This document shows, piece by piece, positions 40,356-53,360 of a DNA stretch of 64,000 nucleotides. Both the position numbers and the translations under genes were made by a program. Below the pieces are notes generated by a model. It saw only the letters and a list, made by a program, of their open reading frames with translations. It was not told the origin of the DNA and made no database searches. Source of the stretch: Octopus vulgaris (Eukaryota); the NCBI GenBank assembly GCA_951406725.2, contig OX597822.1, positions 54,002,001-54,066,000 on the forward strand, read 5' to 3'. How positions within the stretch are numbered: the stretch's first letter is position 1; each line of letters starts with the position of its first letter.

Positions 40356-41097
40356 TATGTATTTGTGTGTGTGTTTGTGTTTGTCTCCCATCACCGTTCG
40401 ACAACCGGTGTTGGTGTGTTTATTTCTCCGTAACGTAGCGGTCCAGTTATAGAGGCTGATAAAATAAGTTCTAGACTTTAAGAAAAAATGTTCTGGGGTC
40501 GATTCCTTCGACTAAAATTCTTCTAGGCGGTGCCCCAGCACGGCCTCAGCTTAACGACTGAACTAAATAAAAGGTTTATGTGTGCACGTGCGCGATCGCG
40601 TGCGTGTGTGTGTGTGTGCGCAGTGTAGATATCCATGTATAGGTATAGCTATATATATATACAGTCATATATTTATGCATGCGTGTGTGTGTTTGTGTGT
40701 GATATGGATAGAATGTCTGTTTTGTAATTTAATTGGTTTAGCCTTAACACACGGTCTCAGATCAAGCCACTCGCCAAGCATGTACAGCTTCGAAATTATT
40801 TTAATATCTTTGGAAAGGTCAAGAAATTAAAAAAAAAATTTCTTGGAACATTTAAAGGTTATTCAAGTACTTTCTAACGACATGGATAAGCCGTTTCCCA
40901 CCTTATTCACCCATCACTCCTCTTTTCGCAATCCCGTCTACACCTACTGAGCACTCTAATCCTATAGTGCAACCTTTGGCTAATCTTTCTTCTGCAAATC
41001 TGCATCCCACTGACACTTTCATGCTTAAGTATCAACCTACAGCGTTTAAGTAATACGTCAACTTCAATTTCATAAGCAATAGCTAAAAGTATGAAAC

Positions 41098-41343
41098 TGG
41101 AGGCGCGTGGCTAAGTGGTTAGAGTGTCAGTATCATGATCATAAGATTGTGGTCTCGGTTCCTGGACCGGGCGACGCGTTGTGTTCTTGAGCAAAACACT
41201 TCATTTCACGTTGCTCCAGTCCACTCAGCTAGCAAAAAGGAGTAACGCTGCGATGGACTGGCGTCCCGTCCAGCTGGGGAACACATACGCCATTGAAACC
41301 GGGCCCATGAGCCTGGCTAGGCTTTAAAAGGGCGCATTTATTT
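41098..41343 (+). mobile_element. tRNA-derived SINE family B' (full length)
   Basis: A box TGGCTAAGTGG, B-box-like GTCTCGGTTCC, TTGAGCAAAACACTT core and GCGATGGACTGGC tail; another copy at 44703-44905. Confidence 0.8.
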
Positions 41344-41344
41344 G

Positions 41345-41635
41345 TGGAGGCGCAATGGCCCAGTGGTTAGGGCAGCGAACTCGCAGTTGGAGGATCGCGG
41401 TTTCGATTCCCAGATCGGGCGTTGTGTGTGTTTATTGAGCGAAAATACCTAAAGGCGCCACGAGACTCCGGCAGGGGTTGGTGGCAACCCCTGTTGTACT
41501 CTTTCGCCCCAACTTTTTCTCACACTTTCTTCCTGTTTCTTAAGTAACGCTGCGATGCACTGGCGTCCCGTCCAGCTGGCGGAACACATACGCCGCCCAT
41601 GAGCCTAGCCAGGCTTGAAAAGGGCGAAAAAAAAA
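41345..41635 (+). mobile_element. tRNA-derived SINE family B (full length, A tail)
   Basis: Head matches 7645; 3' tail shared with 41240-41335. Confidence 0.8.
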
Positions 41636-42172
41636 AGTATGAAACAAAAGAAGAGTGTATGCGTGTATGCTGTATGCGCGTGGATTGGTGGCATGATGGT
41701 TACTAAATGTGTGCGCGTATGTGAAAAAAATATTGATGTTCGTGCTTTTCTGGGAGTTGTAAGTTTGTAAGTGGAGTGGAACAGCTGCAAATGCAATCGG
41801 GTGTCTCCATAAACACAAGACCGTTTTGCCAATTGACAATTCTATCATAATTGACAATATTGTCAATACATAACCCTCATCAGCCGGTCTTGTCAATTGA
41901 TAATATTGATCAGCCAATCTTGTCAACTGACAATACTAGCTTGCCAATGGTATCAACTGACCATACTTGTGAACCAATATTGATGTCTCCTTGATCAGGG
42001 CACGTGATTTCACGTTGCTCCAGTCTAGTCAGCTTAAAACGAATGCCTGTCAAATACCAACGCAGCAACCCTATTTCTCCAGGCGTTCCGTTAGGTCAAG
42101 GGTAAGGGGACCGAGAGGGAATCTATGTCTCTTGTGACTAAATACACATCTAAAACAATTATGCACCTCCAC

Positions 42173-42605
<433 letters not shown>

Positions 42606-42822
42606 GTTCAAACGACTATATAATTTCAAATCACATATCGAAATTAGTTTATAGCTAATATTAGCGTTGATGACGTACAAAAATCATAGGCTTTGAAATC
42701 AAGCGGATATTTTGTCGCTCAAGTGAGAGAAAAGAAGATAAACGTGAGAGCAGCAGAACGCTATAAAACTGTCACCATCTTTTTACCTCGTTCGATCATC
42801 CTCGTTCATACTCACACGCGTG

Positions 42823-42854
<32 letters not shown>

Positions 42855-42899
42855 AACGCATACACACACATACACACATACATACATGCATACATACAT

Positions 42900-42966
<67 letters not shown>

Positions 42967-43275
42967 CCACCAAATAAGTGAGCACAATTCATTTTCTTAC
43001 CACTGACCAGTAGGCATTAAACAACTTCTGAATAAATAAATCTGGACTATTGGAGCCGCGCCCTCCTTTCTTGTTAGAAGTATAGGTATCTGGGTCACTA
43101 GAGTCAATTATTCCTTCCCTCTACTAACCCCTAAATTTCTCTGTTCTGACCAAATATACACTATTCTGATAAATCCATTCTGCCAACTGAAAAAGTAGCA
43201 GAATCAATGTGAATGTTTTTGCTCTGTGGGTTTTAAACTATGTTAAATCATGTCCTTTATTCTGAAGTTCATGAA

Positions 43276-43360
43276 TTCATCTGACGAAAACGGTTTCTTT
43301 ACAAAAATGTAATGTTTTCATTAACCAATCAAAGGAGTCGTTGGAAACGGCCGTAATGGA
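43276..43360 (+). ncRNA. Type I hammerhead ribozyme, intact core
   Basis: TTCAT CTGACGA A AACGGTTTCTTT...AAAGGAGTCGTT G GAAA CGGCCG TA|ATGGA; about 30 nt upstream of (TA)n. Confidence 0.8.
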
Positions 43361-43414
43361 TTGACACCTGTATCTTCCTGTTACTCATTAATATATATAT
43401 ATATATATATATAT

Positions 43415-43935
43415 AAATATACTCAAAATAAGCAACAAGAATATCTTCGGTAATTTGGTACGATCGTTTCACGCTACATCGTTTTATTAAACATTGTAAG
43501 TATTACAACAGTTTTAAAATGTTGAGCAATCATCAGCCCTTTATAGAGGTTTTCCATTAATACATATTTTCATACATAATACATAACTTAAAGAATATTC
43601 TTCAGTCAGAAGATAAATTTTATTACCTTAATGTTCTTAAAATTCAAATCGACATCTCTGTCTATATATCTATCATCTTTATAATGTTATCAATTAATAT
43701 GAAAATATGTATTAATGGAAAACCTCTATAGATGGCTGATGATTGCTCAACATTTTAAAACTGTTGTAATACTTACAATGTTTAATAGAATGATGTAGCG
43801 TGAAACGATCGTACCAAATTACCGAAGATATACTTGTTGCTTATTTTGATTATAATCACCCCATGGATTTATATGGATAACACCCTACAAAATTCTGATG
43901 CATCTAACTTAAGTACCATATTCATTTGAATCTCT
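43415..43935. mobile_element. Foldback PLE-tail element with two hammerheads (43456-43539 minus; 43733-43816 plus)
   Basis: About 150 bp arms; TGG CTGATGA TTGCT..AGCGT GAAA CGATCG TA|CCA; terminal extension homologous to 35320-35420 and 42215-42310. Confidence 0.85.
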
Positions 43936-44643
43936 CTCTCTATATATATATACTTGAAAAAGGAAAAGAATGACTTTACTAGTAGTTGTAATCAATTTAA
44001 TTTTCTAATAATATAATTTTACCGTTTAGCTTGTAGGTCTAGTAGGTACTTTGTTAACTTCGGTGGGGAGATATATCAAAGATTCTTTGTTAACTTTTCT
44101 GGAGAACTTTCTCGCATTCGTCGGTGGCGGTTGTCAAACTGATCTGAGGGTTTGTTGTGTTGTGTGATTCTACATATAAGAGATTTGGGTGTCTGGAGTG
44201 GGGGCTGGGGCTTGTTAATAATAAGTGTGAGAGTGAAGGAGTTTTTATGAACAAGAGCTCAAAGAAAACAGTGAATGGTAAAAACAAGATAGTTGATTGA
44301 GGGTTGGAGTTGGGATGTGGCGAGATGTTTAAGGAGTGTTTTAAGAAGTGCTTGTGAAAGTGTCCACCTGTTGGTTCCATTTGAATAGTTGACCTTTGGT
44401 GAAAAATATAATGTTCAGATGTGTTTCAAATTTTCTTATAGCTGAATCAACTCTGTGTTTTCTTCTACTATACATATATAACCTGAAACCAACACCAGAG
44501 TTAGATCTACGGTTTAAATTGGATTCGGTACGTACATACTTAAAGTATCTTACCAACACTTGATACCTTCATTGTTGTCTAAATGTATGCATATATGTTT
44601 ACGCATCTGTGTGTATGTGTGCATGTTTGTGTGCATGTTTGTT

Positions 44644-44685
<42 letters not shown>

Positions 44686-44702
44686 TGTGTGTGTGCGTAC
44701 AA

Positions 44703-44905
44703 ACGCATGGCTTAGTGGTTAGGGTGCTGCACTCATGAGCATACGATCGTGATTTCGATTCCTGGTCCGGCCGACACGTTGTGTTCTAGTTGAAAGTACA
44801 TCATATTACGTTGCTCCAGCCTAGCTAGCTGGTAAATTTGAATAATCCTGCGACGGTCGGGCAGTCCGTCCAGTGAGGAATATATACGCCATAGAATCCG
44901 GGAAA
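44703..44905 (+). mobile_element. SINE family B', decayed
   Basis: Homologous to 41098-41343. Confidence 0.7.
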
Positions 44906-45262
44906 CATGTATGTATATTATATTACATATGTAGATAAAAATCACAAAAAAACTAGTAAGATTATAAGGCAATGAGTTGACAAACAAATAATGCATGGAA
45001 TTAGACGAGAAAAACATGTGAATGTAAAACATTAGAAATAGAAGTGGACAATAAAAATAATACGTGAACGGAAGGAACAAGAGAATGTAAGATTTCGGGA
45101 TACAGCCTTTATTAAAGAAGAGAAAAAGCATTAAGAGAAACAAAGGTTTCTCTTAATGCTTTTACTAGGTTTGATTGCATGGCAGCCCAAATGTTAAAAT
45201 ATACATATTTTACTTACATAATTTTTTATACTTGAGTGCAACAAGTTAATCCAGCATAACAT

Positions 45263-45660
45263 CCAGGGACTCCGCTTACAGGAACAAAGCTCGGTTTGAG
45301 ACAGTTCGGAGAGCAAAAAAGCAATTTACCGCCTACATTTCCTGGGCAGCTTAGGGCTGTATGGGAGAATAAGGTAAAGGGTTAGGTCTATTTAACTCAG
45401 ATTTCTGAGAACCAAATATTACAAAAATACCAACGGGTGAAACCGTGTTATTTATATTAGATTTTCACGCATAAAAAAGACCTGACTGTATTGTATTAAG
45501 TTAATTTGATTTAATTTACTAAGTCTTTTGCTTGAGGGATGAAGCATTGGATGAACCAGTTTTTGAAGGCCCTCGGGTTCGCGGACTTGTAGATAAGTCC
45601 TGTTTTCATCGTGAAACCAGTAGCATTGCCACACGTATTTAGCATCACACCTTCACAACC
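45263..45660 (-). pseudogene. pogo/Tigger transposase remnant
   Basis: Minus frame VMLNTCGNATGFTMKTGLIYKSANPRAFKNWFIQCFIPQAK (DDE_1-like, internally deleted); TIR-like CAGGGACTCCGCTTAC at 45263. Confidence 0.6.
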
Positions 45661-45835
45661 TTGCTTACTAAGTAGGTGGCCAGTCAAAATTTATTCTACA
45701 TTAGAAACAGAAAGAGAACACATATGTACAAATATGGCTGTGTGGTAAGAAGTCTGTTTACCAAGAACATAGTTTGTTGCATGACACCTTGGGCAAATGT
45801 CATCTACTATAGTCTCGGGCTGACCAAACCAGAAC

Positions 45836-46860
45836 GATTTGCAGAGAAAAGAGACCCGTAACTATCTTGCCAAGGTTTGTGACCATGAAACCAACACCAT
45901 AATTAGGATTGCTAATGAACTTCAGGAGAGGCATAAAATAAGAGCTGCTACAGATCTTTCTCCAAGGAGCGTTGTTAAAATCTATTTATCAGCACAACAG
46001 AAAAAAAGGACCACTTCACTGATAAGATAGCACATGGGTACTTGGCATGTAAAACACAAACGATAGAAGGGATTGATCATGTGAAAAGCTTGACATGGTG
46101 TACCGACAAGTTTATGATATCCCACTTTGAAGGCTACATCCATTCAATTCTAGAATATGTATCTCCACCAAACATCTACAGCATAAAAGGCAGAAAACGT
46201 TGACCGACAGTAAATATAGGCTAAGACTGAAGACCGAAGACATCAACCACGTTATTGTCAACTGCGCGAGAATGTCTTTCAAATAATATTTTCCCACGGG
46301 GCATGATACGGTGGCTAGAACAATCTGGAACAGAATAACAAAACTGAAAATACAAACGAAGTCTACTATATTGACATCGAGAGGTCAAAAGAATATTTGG
46401 TGGAACTTAAAAATTAAATCAGCCACCAAGTTAAAACGCAACCGGCTAGATATCGTTGTGTGGGACCACAAAGAAAAGACTTGTTCTGTTGAGGAAATCA
46501 GCTGCCCTTTGGACACGATGGTGGTTATAAAGAAGCATGAAAAAGAGGACATTTATGGACCATTGATAAGGAGTTTGCCAATCCAGAACCCAATATACAC
46601 TTTCAGCTTCATACCCATTATTACTTGAGCAACATGATATACCAGCCAGTCTGCTGCAAAGTATGGCTGATCTTGGAATCTTAGGGAGAGATGCAAATCC
46701 TTAATTCCTATGCTACAAACGATCACAATATCTGAAACTATAAAAATCTGCAAGACCTTCTTAAGAAGTAAAGGATGATGGTTAAAACAAGATACTTTCT
46801 TTTACACTCTTGCTATGAAGTAGGTGGCTGGTCAAAATTTACTCTAAATTAAAATGAGTA
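45836..46860 (+). pseudogene. RLE-class (R4/Dong-like) non-LTR 3' remnant
   Basis: HGY..SHFEGY..EDINHVIVNC..HDTVAR; IWWN..NRLDIVVWD..EISCP..KEDIY (PD-(D/E)xK endonuclease). Confidence 0.75.
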
Positions 46861-46880
46861 AGAGAAAGAGAACATGCATT

Positions 46881-46940
<60 letters not shown>

Positions 46941-47086
46941 TATATATGTACATAAACGCGCATAGATGAATGAATATATATGTACATGTATGTGTGTGTG
47001 TCTGTGCCTGCGTTTGTGTTGTATGTATGCATGTATGTATATATGTGTGTATAATATGAAGATAGTTGCCGAGGCTAAAGACTTAC

Positions 47087-47234
47087 TTGGATTAACTGGT
47101 GGAACTGGTGGATTAATTGGTGGAACAGGGGGTTTCGGGGGTCTGTACATACGGCGATAACCACCATGCCTATAGTAATAGGCCTCTGTTAGGGAGATGG
47201 CTATCACACATAAAATTAAGATGACGGCTTTCAT
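47087..47234 (-). CDS. First coding exon of a secreted Tyr/Arg/Pro-rich peptide or protein
   Basis: MKAVILILCVIAISLTEA (signal peptide, T-E-A cleavage) then YYYRHGGYRRMYRPPKPPVPPINPPVPPVNP; ends at CCAA|GTAAGT donor (phase 1); Kozak-like GACATGA; non-repetitive sequence. Confidence 0.75.
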
Positions 47235-47305
47235 GTCTTCAGATTTACTGCGAGACCACGATAACGATGTGAAATGAAAGGACTTATTTTCCTTCAGTAG
47301 TCAAT

Positions 47306-47343
47306 ACTAATATCGTATGATCCAAACTATCTCTTTATATATA
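47306..47343 (-). promoter_or_regulatory. TATA box plus Inr-like element of the peptide gene
   Basis: TATATAAAG at 47341-47333 and TTAGT at 47310-47306 (about 31-33 nt apart), about 75 nt upstream of the ATG. Confidence 0.5.
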
Positions 47344-48247
47344 CACAGTTACCTGAAAAACAGTGATGATAATAAATATAATTTATACTTAAGCTTCAAA
47401 GACAGCTGCGACAGTGTGTACGATACGTTAAAATAAATACACATCTGAAGAGTCCATAATATATGCTCGCACAAACACACATATATACAAATGTACATAT
47501 ACTATATACTATTAATACATACACCTATCTACACACGCACGTATATACTAAATACATCGTCGTCTGTAAACTTGAAGATGATAGAGAAATAAGAAAAGAA
47601 GTTAAAAAAGAAAGCCTAGATGAAATGATAAGAAGCCAATGATCTATTGATTTGCTGGTATGTTGTTTGTGTGTTTGTTTATTTTCTTTCATTATTTATT
47701 TCAGCTGCACTATAATGGCGAAGTGCGAATTGTAATAATGTTTACCCGAGGGAAATATAAGGCACATTATTTACAATCGCTCTTTTAACTCGTCACGTTT
47801 TTCATTAAAGAGCTTATTAAATACGTGATGTTGTTGTTGTTGACACTAGCTGCAAAAAAATAATACACATACCGATAATTATATACATACTTCTTTATTG
47901 ATTTATTTATTCATATATTCAGAGCTGGAGGTTACATTTTTTTGCATTACGATTGACTTTCAAGTGTCACTGAATCATTGGGTCATGACGTTACCTGATA
48001 AGCCAACTATTGCAAAAATCCGAGTCATAAAGACACATTGTAACAGACAGCGTTTTAAATGTGTTGTTATGTATGTATGCATAAATATGATGTATGTAAT
48101 GATCGTTGTTTAGTACTTAAGATCTATGTCATTTCTCTTAAATATCAATATCGAGTTTCAATGTGATTCAAACTTTTATTTGCATATCATTTGCAAAATT
48201 CCAATTCATGGCCGTCCCCTCTCACTTTCTCTCACACAGAAGTTTGT

Positions 48248-49345
48248 ACACTCCTAAAAAAATTCAGTAAAATTGCCATTACTCTGATAGTATCGAAGGA
48301 AATCAAACGAAATTTATACTGAATAAAATATATTATACATAACAAACATTATACATACTTGGAACACAAAGCAAGAAACATTTTCAAAGAAATAAACGAA
48401 ATATTAATTTTCAAACGTTATAAAAATATGTGCACCCTACAGGAAATTTGCTATATTCAATATTTTATCCGCTTTTTGTACTAAATCCAGATATTACTGA
48501 TAATTCCAATTCTAATAAATTATTTCTCCTGCCATTTTTGCACCGGTCATTATATCTGAAGGAATTCTGATTTGTGTACCGTAGTGAAAATCTTCTCTAT
48601 TGTGATTAAAATAACACCAAAAGGAAAAGAATTGTTTGAAGATTTGAAGAAAATTATTTTTAATTTGCACAAGAGTTTCTTAGGATAGAAGTTAATTAGC
48701 AAACGGGTACATATTAGCGTAAACACAGTTGCCAAAGTAATTCAGGAGTATAAAGCTACTGGACAGTTAAGCAAAAAACATCGTCTAGGTCGTCCTTCTA
48801 TTTTAACTGCGCATGATATTCACCACATCCAACGTTGCATGGTGGATGACAGGCGTCGTACCGCTTCGTCTTTGGTCCAAGAAGTGTCTTCTGTTAGTGG
48901 AAAGAGTGTATCTGCCCCAACAGTTCGCCGAAGTTTGAACCAGTGTGGTCTTCATGGACGCATTACTCGTAGGAAGCCTCTCCTCACTACCAGGCATAAA
49001 TCAAGTCGTCTTTCCTTTGCCGAAACCTATGTGAGTAAGGGGAAGGAGTTTGGGGAAAAAATCTTTTTTTTTTCTGACGAGAATAAAATCAACATGTTTG
49101 GTCAGATGGTATTAAACGAGTATGGCGACGATCAGGTGAAGTTGGTAGCAACAAATGCACCATGCCGTCCGTGAAACGCGGCGGCAGAAGTGTTATGCTT
49201 TGGGGATGCATGAGTGCAGCTGGTGTGGGAGGACTCACATTTATTGAGAGAAGAATGGATTCAAGGTTTTATTGTGGCATATTGCAGAAAACAATGTTGG
49301 AAAGCATCAAAGAACTAGGAAGACACTCCATGTTCCAACATGATA
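48248..49345 (+). pseudogene. 3'-truncated Tc1-like transposon
   Basis: PKGKELFEDLKKII..HTH..RLGRPSILT; TVRRSL..GLHGRITRRKPLL; FSDENKIN; [13 protein letters not shown]; breaks at FQHD into microsatellite. Confidence 0.85.
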
Positions 49346-49400
49346 CGTATATAAATATGTATATGTATTTACATACATACATACATACATACACACACAC

Positions 49401-49462
<62 letters not shown>

Positions 49463-49989
49463 TCATACACACATATATCAAACTTGACAGTCACTCTCGG
49501 TTTCACCCTTACGTGAGGTGTTGTTCCGCTCTACCCAGTGTGTTGTTTTCTATACCAGACAATGTTTTCACTATATAACATATATTGATATATTATACTA
49601 CTTCTGTTTCATATATATATGTGTATATATATAAATGTATATATATATGTTGACCTCGTGAGACCACTTGCATTTTTTCCCTCTGTCCTCCCACCTCGGG
49701 ATCTTTCTTTCTCCAAGGTGTTTAAACTTGGTCTAAATTTTTTTATGAAATACATGTCTTTATTTTGGCGTTATTTTGTATTTCATAAAAAATTTAGACC
49801 AAGTTTAAATACCTTGGGCCAGGAATATTAAAACAAAAGATAGGTCCTCCGAAAAGGAGAAGCAAAATTCCACCACGGCCGCTACCTTAAACAGTCACTC
49901 ACACTGACGGAAATATGCCTTAGGAAAAAAAGGAAAAAAATTTATAAAAAGATCTCTTCGAACAAATCTAACCCTGATGGACTGGCCAC

Positions 49990-50590
49990 ATACGATACAG
50001 CTAAGGGTCAGACCCGATTCTGATTGGTCAACACGTTAATGACGTCTAGTTCTGCTAGACTGGACAGGATACAGACAAGGGGCAGATCTAATACAACTAT
50101 AGGCCGGGACTAGTCAGAATATTGATGACGTCCCTTTCTGCTTGACTAGTCACCCAACAGGATACAGACAAGGGGCAGATCTAATACAGCTATAGGTCGT
50201 GATTGGTCAGAATTTTGATGACGTCCCGTTCTGCTTGACTAAGCCACCTAACGAATCGATTGGTCAAAACAGGATACAGACAAGAGGCAGTTCTAATACA
50301 GCTATAGGTCGCGATTGGTCAGAATGTTGATGACGTCCCGTTCTACTTGACTAAGCCACCTAACGAAACGATTGGTCAAAACGTTGATGACGTCACGTTC
50401 TGCTTGACTAAGCAACCTAACGAAACGATTGGTCAAAACAGGATACAGACAAGAGGCAGTTCTAATACAGCTATAGGTCGCGATTGGTCAGAATGTTGAT
50501 GACGTCCCGTTCTGCTTGACTAAGCCACCTAACGAAACGATTGGTCAAAACGTTGATGACGTCACGTTACGCTGGACTGACCACCTAACA
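49990..50590 (+). repeat. Modular tandem repeat rich in GATTGGTCA (CCAAT reversed) and TGACGTC (CRE-like) motifs
   Basis: Modules CAGGATACAGACAAG.GGCAG.TCTAATACAGCTATAGG and GATTGGTCA..GTTGATGACGTC..TTCTGCTTGACTAAGCCACCTAACGAAAC are repeated; TATAAAA at about 50596. Confidence 0.85.
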
Positions 50591-51075
50591 GGTGTTATAA
50601 AACCCGAACAATTCACAAGGTTTGCCACAATCATCCAGCGAACACCGACCATAAGTCATCACAGTTGCTCAAAGGTAAAATCTAAAATGAATTCCTCGCT
50701 CTTTCAGGAACATCAATTTTTTATATTGACTGCATATCACCACTTTGATCTATTTTTTATATTGAATGCATATCACCACTATGAACCACTGCATCAGACA
50801 CTTTAAACATATAGCATGAACGAACTCACTTCACACTATATATGAACTTTTTGATGTCTGACTCTATTGTGTATTATAAATGAATTTTTTATATTTGATA
50901 GCATGAACTATCTTTTTTTATATATAACTTTTTTTGCTAAGGTTCATTTCAAGAACCGAAACATGTTATAATGTATATATAAAAATTAAAAATTTGTATA
51001 ATATAGCAGCATTTTCGAACTTCATTTTTTACAAATATATACCTACTCGTATACGAGCTAATCCTATTATAAATA

Positions 51076-51155
<80 letters not shown>

Positions 51156-51554
51156 ATGTATATATATGTATATATATGTAGAACACCAAGTAAGTTAGAG
51201 GTTGTGGATCCAACCCACTAAGGGATAATACTTATCCAATATACTGTTAGTATAATACCCAAATTATTAATACACAAGTGTTTTTAATTGCAATGCAATA
51301 AACTTACTTATTATATTAAATGGGTGAAGGTAAAGAAATATTTTACCAATAATTTATATTACAAATAAGAAAATGGAGAAACAATTTAGTTGGTTTATCA
51401 GCTTTAGGATATTAGACTGTTGACTTATTTATTTATCAAAACGACAACCATAATAACATACATTTATACAATATAAAATTCAATGCATATAAGATAAGAA
51501 TAAAAGAGGTTATTTAAAAAAGCATTAATATAAATTATTAAAATCATTAAAGTC

Positions 51555-51676
51555 CCTTACAGCTGTTTCAGCCTATGGAAAAAAGTAACTTATTGTGCCT
51601 ATACATGTCAAGTGTATTGAGGTGGTAGGCAGTTAAAAATTAGGTACTTATATATATCCATAGGCCTCGTCAGAGA
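51555..51676 (-). ncRNA. Type I hammerhead with long stem II, in PLE tail 51180-51715
   Basis: TCT CTGACGA GGCCTATGGA...TCCATAGGCT GAAA CAGCTG TA|AGG. Confidence 0.75.
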
Positions 51677-51758
51677 TTATAAAGTACGTTCAAAATATAA
51701 GTATATACATGAAACAAGATACACGCACAATTTAATATATATATATAAATATATATCT

Positions 51759-51829
<71 letters not shown>

Positions 51830-51974
51830 CATAAGCAAATATATACACATATACGTGTATATAAATATATAAATATATAAATAAACATAATTAAACATAC
51901 GTACAAGCATATAGACAATTATATATATACTGGAGCGTACATATACATCCATATCCATGAGTACACATATAATA

Positions 51975-52041
<67 letters not shown>

Positions 52042-52051
52042 GTTATTATTA

Positions 52052-53151
52052 TCATTCAGTAGTTTTATTTTTATAGCGTGCTTTCACTTCACTACTGAGT
52101 GCAGCTCTGTGTGCCTTAGGTATGTGCTGTGATTTGTTGTGATGCTCTGATGGGTATTGTATGGCAAGTGTTCTGCGTAGGATGTGTGCAGTGCCTAGTA
52201 GTGCAATTTTCTGTATGTTATATGTGTTTGTAAGTCCTGGTGTTTTTGTTATGTATTTGTCTGAATATTTTTTTATCATGCCTAATGCACCTACTATGAT
52301 AGGAATTGTTTCTGTTTTTAGATTCCAAATTCTGGTTACCTCTATTTCCAGGTCTTTGTATTTTGAGAGTTTCTCCATTTCTTTTAGAGACACGTTGTCA
52401 TCTGCCGGTATTGATACATCAATTAGAAAGCATTTTTTTCTTCATGATCTCTGACAACTATATCTGGTCTGTTGGCCTTAATTTCTCTATCTGTGTGTAT
52501 CGGCATATCCCAGAGTATGGTTGCTTTCTCGTTTTCTGTGACCTTTTCTGGTGTGTGCCTATACCATCTTTTTTCTGTTGTTATTCCATAATGTTGGCAT
52601 AGCTTCCAATGTATGTAGGTTCCAACTCTGTCATGTCTGTGAATATATTCCTTCTTAGCTAGGACTGGGCAGCCAGAGATAATATGATTTATTGTTTCTT
52701 GTCCATCTCCACATATTCTGCAGTTACTTGTTATATTTCTTTTCATTACATGTTTTTGGTAATTTCTGGTGGGAAGGCTTTGGTCTTGTGCTGCAATTAA
52801 AAATCCCTCTGTCTCTGCTTTGAGTCCTGAGCTTCTCAACCATTGCTGGGATTTTTCTTTGTCTATTTCTTTTGCGTTTAGTTTAGTCCAGTATTTACCA
52901 CGAAGGGGCTTTTCTTGCCATCGTTTTATCATGGTTCGTTGCTGTTCTATTTTCAGCTTGGATTTCATTTGTTTTATAGCTTTTATTGTTTCTTCATCTT
53001 CTTCTTCTTCTTCATATTTATTAGAGGGTATGATTTTTTGTTTGTATTTGTCAGCTTCCTTAAATACTGAGAACAGTTTTTTGTTTTGCTCGTGTTTTGC
53101 CGCTATTTGTATCAGTTTTCCTTCCTTCTGAAGTAGATATTTTTGCAGTCC
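52052..53151 (-). mobile_element. 5'-truncated Dong/R4-clade retrotransposon inserted in (TAA)n
   Basis: WL..SGLKAETEGFLIAAQDQSL, CRICGDGQETINHIISGC, RHDRV, ILWD..NRPDIV, IDVSIP..EKLSKYKDL; one frameshift near 52430; (ATT)n on both sides. Confidence 0.92.
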
Positions 53152-53242
<91 letters not shown>

Positions 53243-53270
53243 ATTAATAATAATAATAATAATAATAATG

Positions 53271-53360
<90 letters not shown>
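53152..53360. repeat. (ATT)n followed by (AAT)n: inverted trinucleotide microsatellite
   Basis: Strand switch near 53240. Confidence 0.95.

Noticed and set aside
44090-44559. Minus-strand ORFs of 96 and 72 aa
   Set aside because: No recognisable motif; possibly decayed retroelement, but not assignable.
46839-47086. C-terminal part of the 131-aa ORF
   Set aside because: It reads through a GTAAGT donor into microsatellite-rich intron.
49990-50590. Possible CRISPR array or tandem hammerheads (TTGATGA..GAAAC)
   Set aside because: There are no unique spacers or cas genes, and stems I and II do not close properly around the core.
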